A program made the position numbers and the translations under genes. 42,390 bases of DNA, taken from NCBI GenBank assembly GCA_009930125.1, contig RZYZ01000001.1:1-42390 (forward strand). Reading direction: 5' to 3'. Source of the DNA: Clostridia bacterium. Its GTDB lineage: Bacteria > Bacillota > Clostridia > Clostridiales > Clostridiaceae. The notes under the pieces were generated by a model. It was given only the letters and a program-made list of their open reading frames with translations, made no database searches and was not told the DNA's origin. Positions 37,184-42,390 of the stretch are shown here, piece after piece; positions within the stretch are counted from its first letter, which is position 1; every line of letters begins with the position of its first letter.

Positions 37184-38230
37184 TTATAACAGGTCTTGCG
37201 GAGCATTGATGCAGCTCTTTCCGGAGTCCTTGATGGCTTTCAGGTCCCTGCATCCTGTAAGAAGCATGGCGCCCTTCAGCTCGCTGTAGATCTTCTGCGC
37301 ATAGAGCGCAACCGCTTCCTCGCCGCCGCCGATGGCATACTGGGCAAAGGGTCTTCCGATGAGGACCGCATCCGCACCCAGAGCCAGAAGCTTGAACACA
37401 TCCACGCCACTTCTGACACCACCATCCACCAGTACCTTTATGCGTCCGTCCACAGCCTCTGCGATGGCTGAAAGAACGGAAGCTGTGGATGGAGTATGGT
37501 CCAGAATTCTTCCTCCGTGATTGGAAACCACGATGGCATCTGCTCCGGCAAGCACTGCAAGGTTCGCCTCTTCGGCAGTCATGATGCCTTTGATGATGAA
37601 GGGCACACTAAGATGCGCCTTCACTTCCTTCAGTTCGTCAAGAGACTTGGGGTCCACGCGCTGGCCATGCATCTTGAGTGTGTCAAGCCCCGCCGCATCG
37701 ACATCCACGCCAATGGCCAGAGGCTCTGCAGTCATGGCAAGATCGATTCTTGAAAGCAGCTCCTCATTGTTCCATGGCTTGATGAAGGCGATGCCAGAAA
37801 CCGCTTCTTCTCTGAGGACCTTCAGATTGTCCTCGATGAAGGATTTGAATGCGGAATCTCCTACCATGGGAATGATGCCCGCATTTTTCGATCCTCTGAC
37901 CACAGCTCTGATATAGTCCTCTTCCGAGACGCTGTTTCCCATATTGATGTTCACCCCTGTCACAGGAGCCGGCATCACCGGCATGGACAGTGTCTGCCCG
38001 AAAAGCTCAGTTTCCAGTGAAGGCTCCTTCACATCATGAATGGTCTTGAGATTCAGTGTGATCTTTTTCAGTGCATTGTAATTGCTTATGAAACTTGAAC
38101 CGGTTCCTTTTCCGCCCATACCGGGCACTTCCCCTCTGCATGCAACGCCATCGCACTGGGGGCACATTCTGCACTGGGGCATCATGAGTTTTCTGGCATT
38201 TACTGCCGCTTCCTTTAATGTCATTTCCAC
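37184..38230 (-). CDS. FMN-dependent alpha-hydroxy-acid dehydrogenase/oxidase
   Basis: Motifs IIKGIM, VSNHGGRILD, DGGVRSGVDVFKLLALGA, GRP, and an N-terminal Cys cluster CRMCPQCDGVAC. Confidence 0.88.
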   Translation of the reverse strand: MEMTLKEAAVNARKLMMPQCRMCPQCDGVACRGEVPGMGGKGTGSSFISNYNALKKITLNLKTIHDVKEPSLETELFGQTLSMPVMPAPVTGVNINMGNSVSEEDYIRAVVRGSKNAGIIPMVGDSAFKSFIEDNLKVLREEAVSGIAFIKPWNNEELLSRIDLAMTAEPLAIGVDVDAAGLDTLKMHGQRVDPKSLDELKEVKAHLSVPFIIKGIMTAEEANLAVLAGADAIVVSNHGGRILDHTPSTASVLSAIAEAVDGRIKVLVDGGVRSGVDVFKLLALGADAVLIGRPFAQYAIGGGEEAVALYAQKIYSELKGAMLLTGCRDLKAIKDSGKSCINAPQDLL

Positions 38231-38658
38231 AATCCTCCGATTTCATTTTCTGTATACACGTCAATTCCGTTTTCCAGGAGCAGCCTGCAGGCTACGCCAT
38301 GACCTTCGACAAGTGTCCTTGTGTAGGTTCCGTCGTAAATCAGGCCTTTCCCGCAGGAAGGGCTTCTGGATTTCAGAAGGGCTTTTCTGATGTCGTTTTT
38401 TCTGCAGTAGTCGAGGGTGATTCGGGCACCTTCCTCATAGTTTTTTGTCACGTCTTTCCCGTCTGCGGTGAGGACATGGCCATCTCTGATTTCAGCCGGG
38501 TCTCTGGGGACGGAAAGTCCGCCCAGTACTTCCGGACACATGGGAATCAGCTCGTATTTCTCTTTTAGCCGATTCATTTCCTCGATTTCAAATCCTGTTC
38601 CGTCGTATCGGACCTTCTCCCCGAGAAGGCAGGCGGATACAAGCAGTTTTTCTTTCAT
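38221..38658 (-). CDS. DUF523 family protein (2-thiouracil desulfurase TudS-like, Fe-S)
   Basis: Motifs SACLLG..VRYDG, CPEVLGGL..PR, KSRSPSCG. Confidence 0.88.
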   Translation of the reverse strand: MKEKLLVSACLLGEKVRYDGTGFEIEEMNRLKEKYELIPMCPEVLGGLSVPRDPAEIRDGHVLTADGKDVTKNYEEGARITLDYCRKNDIRKALLKSRSPSCGKGLIYDGTYTRTLVEGHGVACRLLLENGIDVYTENEIGGLWK

Positions 38659-38662
38659 AGAT

Positions 38663-41008
38663 CTATTTCAGGGTGATGATGGTGACCCCTTTTCCCCCTT
38701 CTCCGTACTCGCCCAGGCGGTACTTCTTCACATGCGGATGATGTCTGAACATGTCCCAGAGATGCTCCTTGAGGATCCCTGTTCCCATGCCGTGGATGAT
38801 GGTGACCTCATTGAGTCCCGCCATGGAGGCTTCATCCAGATACATGTCGACGATATGCTCCCCTTCCAGAGCGTCCTGTCCCCTTACATCACAGCTGATG
38901 GAGACCTGCTTCAGGTTGAGCCGGGCTTCTCTTTTTGCGATTTTTTTCTGCTTCTTGTCTTCTCTGATCTCCACCAGATCCTTCTTGTTCACACTGAGCT
39001 TCATGATGCCGGCCTGGACCATGAGTTCTCCTTTGGCATCGGGCAGCGTCAGAATGGATACCTTCTGATTCAGGGTGGAGAGCAGCACTTCCTGTCCTTC
39101 CTTGAAATCAGTGATCTCCTTTCCTTCCACTTTTTCGAAGAGATCCTTCTGCTGGGTGCTGTCCATATTCTTTTTCAGATGATCCCGGATCTCCTGAAGG
39201 CTTCTTCGACTGTCCTTGAGCTCGACGCTGCTTTCCAGGTCCCGAAGCTGCTTGAGGATCTCATCCGCCTTCACCTTGGCTTCCTCCAGATATTTTCTGC
39301 CTTCAGCCTTGGCGTCTCTCATGGCTTTTTCCCGGATTTCATCGATCCGTTCCAGTTTCTTGTTCAGTTCCTCTTCTTTGGTAAGAAGCTCTCTTTTGAT
39401 GTTTTCCGCATGCCGTGCATCCTTGGAGGCGTCTCGTCTGGATTTCTCAAGGCTTTCAATGAGCTCCTCGAACTTCAGCGCTTCCCGGTCGATGAAGGCT
39501 CTGGAGCGCTCTATGATGTCATCACTGAGGCCCAGCCTTTTGGAGATGAGGAAGGCGTTGGATTTTCCAGGGACACCGATGAGGAGTCTGTAGGTGGGAC
39601 GCAGAGTCTCCACATTGAATTCTACGGAAGCATTGACGGTCTTGTCCGATTTCAGCGCGTAGGCTTTCAGTTCGCTGTAGTGGGTGGTGGCCAGGATGCG
39701 GATGCCTCTTTCCTTCAGGGTCTCGAGAATGGCCATGGCAAGCGCCGCTCCTTCGGTGGGATCCGTCCCTGCGCCCAGCTCATCGAAGAGTACCAGGGAA
39801 CGCTCATCCGCTTCCTTTATGATGCTGACGATGTTCGTCATGTGGGAGGAGAAGGTGGAGAGGCTCTGCTCGATGCTCTGCTCATCTCCGATGTCTGCAA
39901 AGATGTCCCGGAAGTGTCCGATGCTGGAGCCATCTGTCACCGGAATGAGAATTCCGGACATGGCCATGATATGGAGCAGTCCAACGGTTTTCAGGGTCAC
40001 GGTCTTACCGCCTGTATTGGGTCCTGTGATGACGATGGTTGTGATTCCGTCCTCCATATAGATGGTGGATGGAACAACTTCCCTGTCGGGAATCAGAGGA
40101 TGCCTGGCATCTCTCAGGTTGAAGGTCAGGTCCTCTCTCACTTCAGGCTTGGTGCCCTCGATTCGGCTGGAGTATTTCGCCTTGGCGAAAATCACATCCA
40201 GCTCATAGATGATGGAAGCGTTTCTTTTCACCGCCTCCAGATCCATTTCCACTTTTCCTGAAAGTTCCATGAGGATACGCTCGATTTCCGCTTTCTCCTT
40301 CAGCATGAGCTCCTTGATCTCGTTGTTGAGATTCACAAGGCTTATGGGTTCTATGAACAGCGTGGCCCCGGAGGCGCTCTGATCGTGGATCAGACCTTTG
40401 ACCTGCCCCTTATGCTCCGCCTTCACCGGAATGACGTAGCGGTCCCCACGAACCGTGAAGATGCTGTCCTGGAGATATTTCTCGTTTTCTCTCACAAGGC
40501 TCTGAATCTTGTCTTTGACAGAGCCTGTCTTGTCTCTTAAGGAGCGCCTGATTTTCAGTAAGGCATCAGAGGCCTGATCGGAAATTTCCTGATCGCCCAC
40601 GATGGCATGATAGATGGCATTCTCCAGCTGCTTCAGCGGACTGATCCCATAGACCAGATTCTTCAGATGGAAAGAGTGCTCCTCTTTGCCCACATAGTCC
40701 TTGAAATGACGAGCGCTTTTCATGACATTGGCGATCTTGAGAAGAGATTCCGCACTGGCAGTTCCCCCTTTCCCGATATAGGCGATGGCGCTTCTCACAT
40801 CATAGACGCCTTCAAAAGGTGCACTGCCCTTCTCTTCCAGAAGGCCAAGGGCTTCCTTCGTCTCTTCCAGGGCGCGTTCGATCTCCGCCGCTGCAGAGAG
40901 AGGAGAAAGGGCGTCTATCCCCTCTTTTCCTGGCGAAGAGACGGCGTAGGATTTGACCCTCTCCTTGATTTTATGGAATTCAAGTTTGTTCAGATTCTTT
41001 TCTTTCAC
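38663..41008 (-). CDS. mutS2: MutS2 (ATPase with C-terminal Smr domain)
   Basis: Motifs HDQSASGATLFIEP, TGPNTGGKT, QSLSTFSSHM, DELGAGTDP, TTHY, and Smr IIHGMGTG...GGKGVT. Confidence 0.96.
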   Translation of the reverse strand: MKEKNLNKLEFHKIKERVKSYAVSSPGKEGIDALSPLSAAAEIERALEETKEALGLLEEKGSAPFEGVYDVRSAIAYIGKGGTASAESLLKIANVMKSARHFKDYVGKEEHSFHLKNLVYGISPLKQLENAIYHAIVGDQEISDQASDALLKIRRSLRDKTGSVKDKIQSLVRENEKYLQDSIFTVRGDRYVIPVKAEHKGQVKGLIHDQSASGATLFIEPISLVNLNNEIKELMLKEKAEIERILMELSGKVEMDLEAVKRNASIIYELDVIFAKAKYSSRIEGTKPEVREDLTFNLRDARHPLIPDREVVPSTIYMEDGITTIVITGPNTGGKTVTLKTVGLLHIMAMSGILIPVTDGSSIGHFRDIFADIGDEQSIEQSLSTFSSHMTNIVSIIKEADERSLVLFDELGAGTDPTEGAALAMAILETLKERGIRILATTHYSELKAYALKSDKTVNASVEFNVETLRPTYRLLIGVPGKSNAFLISKRLGLSDDIIERSRAFIDREALKFEELIESLEKSRRDASKDARHAENIKRELLTKEEELNKKLERIDEIREKAMRDAKAEGRKYLEEAKVKADEILKQLRDLESSVELKDSRRSLQEIRDHLKKNMDSTQQKDLFEKVEGKEITDFKEGQEVLLSTLNQKVSILTLPDAKGELMVQAGIMKLSVNKKDLVEIREDKKQKKIAKREARLNLKQVSISCDVRGQDALEGEHIVDMYLDEASMAGLNEVTIIHGMGTGILKEHLWDMFRHHPHVKKYRLGEYGEGGKGVTIITLK

Positions 41009-42390
41009 TATTCAACACCTCGCTTGTAATGTCCTCTGTTAAATGAGGGGAGCTCCAGAGCTTCTCCGTGAAGAAATGCATGGAGAACCTCCCTGGCTTT
41101 TTCAGCGCTTTCCGTCGTGAGGTCTATTCGCAGGGACCGGATTCCGATATGCTCCAGATCCTTCGTGCTGTCCAGAAGATTCTTCGGCTTTCCGTTCATG
41201 ATATAGCTTCTGCAGAAGATGTCCGTCATGACGGGAAACTCTTCCCCCATGCGGTCCTTCAGGCGATAGCTTTCTTTCATACAGGCCTCGTTGCAGGGCA
41301 CTTCGCGGGTCATGCCGCCTACCGTTGCCCCCACTGGGCAGTATTCGCTGTGCATCATTTCCTGTCTTCCATAGACCAGGGTGATGTATCTTTCTTTGTT
41401 TTTCAGCCCCTTCAGCTCCTGCCGGTTGAGCTCTTCACTGACCATGGACATGGCTAGATCCTCCCCGTAGAACTTCAGGGCGTCACTGTTCATGATGTTC
41501 AGTTTGTAGTCGCCGATGATGTAGAAATCCTTTCCGAGAAGCCGTATGACCCCTGCGTTGTTGGTGATGATTCCAGCCAGTCTGCCGTGGTCCTCCAGCT
41601 TCTTCACCTTCTCCACGATGGCGTGGAGCTCTGTTCTCAGGATATTGGATACCTTCACGTAAAGACGGATGTCCCTGTGCTCCTCCAGAACCTTTGCCAC
41701 ATCTCTGAAGTTTATGTATCGAGCTCCCCGGTAGAAGGGATACACAGCGAGGTCCTTCACACCCATTTCTAGGGCCAGCGTGAACTGCTCTTTGGTGGAC
41801 ACCGAAACGAGCCTCAGATTCTCTCTGATCTCATGTTTCATGGGATGAGGCTCCCGATCTGTCTGCTCCGGCAGGGCTTTCTTGGCACTTTTTACCTGGT
41901 CTTCTACAAGATCCTCCAGTAGAAGCCTTCTCATTTCATTGAGCTCTCTGATAGGCAGGAATCCTTCGCTGAAATGATCCACAAGGATTGCAGTGAGGAT
42001 AAAGGGAGACTCTCCGCTCTTTTTCAGCGCCTCTTCCACCCGTTCCAGGGTCAGGGGCGCTTTGATGGGAGTTTCCACGATCTTGGAGGTTCTGCGGTAC
42101 GTCTTTCCCTTATACTCCACCATAAGGGAGGCTTCTTCTCCTGCCTTGAAGAACAGTGTTCCCGTGAGTCCGATCTTGCGGTCATAGGATCCATTGTGGC
42201 TTCTCTTGAGCTCATCCATGAGCTCAAAGTCATAGGTCTTGTATAACGGTCCTTCCGGGAGTGTGCTTCTACCTGTGAGTTTCACCGTTTCTCCAGGCTG
42301 GGCTTTCTCTTTCACATCGCCCCTGTCTCGGATGCCTTCCACGGTGAGGCCCTTCTCCCCTACACGAAGACCATCTCCTTTACGCAGGGG
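41008..42390 (-). CDS. U32-family protein with DUF3656 (RlhA-like), C-terminal part; 5' end lies outside the window
   Basis: Frame is open to the window edge. Motifs KSGESPF, FLPIRELNEMRR, NIMNS, SEELN, VYGRQEMM.SEYCP, LKDR, RGHYKRGVE. Confidence 0.85.
   Translation of the reverse strand, partial: PLRKGDGLRVGEKGLTVEGIRDRGDVKEKAQPGETVKLTGRSTLPEGPLYKTYDFELMDELKRSHNGSYDRKIGLTGTLFFKAGEEASLMVEYKGKTYRRTSKIVETPIKAPLTLERVEEALKKSGESPFILTAILVDHFSEGFLPIRELNEMRRLLLEDLVEDQVKSAKKALPEQTDREPHPMKHEIRENLRLVSVSTKEQFTLALEMGVKDLAVYPFYRGARYINFRDVAKVLEEHRDIRLYVKVSNILRTELHAIVEKVKKLEDHGRLAGIITNNAGVIRLLGKDFYIIGDYKLNIMNSDALKFYGEDLAMSMVSEELNRQELKGLKNKERYITLVYGRQEMMHSEYCPVGATVGGMTREVPCNEACMKESYRLKDRMGEEFPVMTDIFCRSYIMNGKPKNLLDSTKDLEHIGIRSLRIDLTTESAEKAREVLHAFLHGEALELPSFNRGHYKRGVE

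Noticed and set aside
38468-40261. 597-aa + strand ORF
   Set aside because: Antisense shadow of mutS2/DUF523, with no recognisable motifs or RBS.
1-42390. CRISPR arrays, IS elements, tRNA/rRNA, T-boxes and known riboswitches
   Set aside because: No regularly spaced repeats, transposase ORFs or diagnostic RNA motifs seen by eye; an Infernal/tRNAscan run would be needed to exclude weak hits.

Overview
Chromosomal region from a low-GC Firmicute; gene content and order suggest Clostridia, and the genus cannot be determined from sequence alone. It is mostly housekeeping genes: Mrp/MnhD-like antiporter subunits, a Xer-type tyrosine recombinase, several lipoproteins, an nfeD-nfeD'-floA operon, purB, ptsH with a stand-alone EIIA, an aspartate aminotransferase, two PHP proteins, an orphan eutS/eutP pair, rny, recA, a TPR protein, phosphoglucomutase, an Arg/Lys/Orn decarboxylase, idi, a DivIVA-domain protein, ptb-iorAB, an FMN alpha-hydroxy-acid dehydrogenase, DUF523, mutS2 and a partial U32 gene. 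I saw no CRISPR array, IS, prophage, tRNA or rRNA. The strongest signal is at the left end, which looks like the replication terminus: gene orientation flips from + to mostly -, and the xer gene is flanked by two different 28-bp 11-6-11 sites. One is a canonical dif-like site downstream (2307-2334). The other is a near-perfect palindrome upstream (3482-3509) that overlaps the -35 box of the xer promoter, suggesting an autoregulated, single-recombinase (XerS/difSL-like) resolution module. Secondary points of interest are a duplicated stand-alone NfeD OB-fold gene, an EIIA lacking its second conserved His, a satellite BMC gene pair, and a promoter embedded in a terminator ahead of ptb-iorAB. All calls come from motif recognition by eye; no searches were run.
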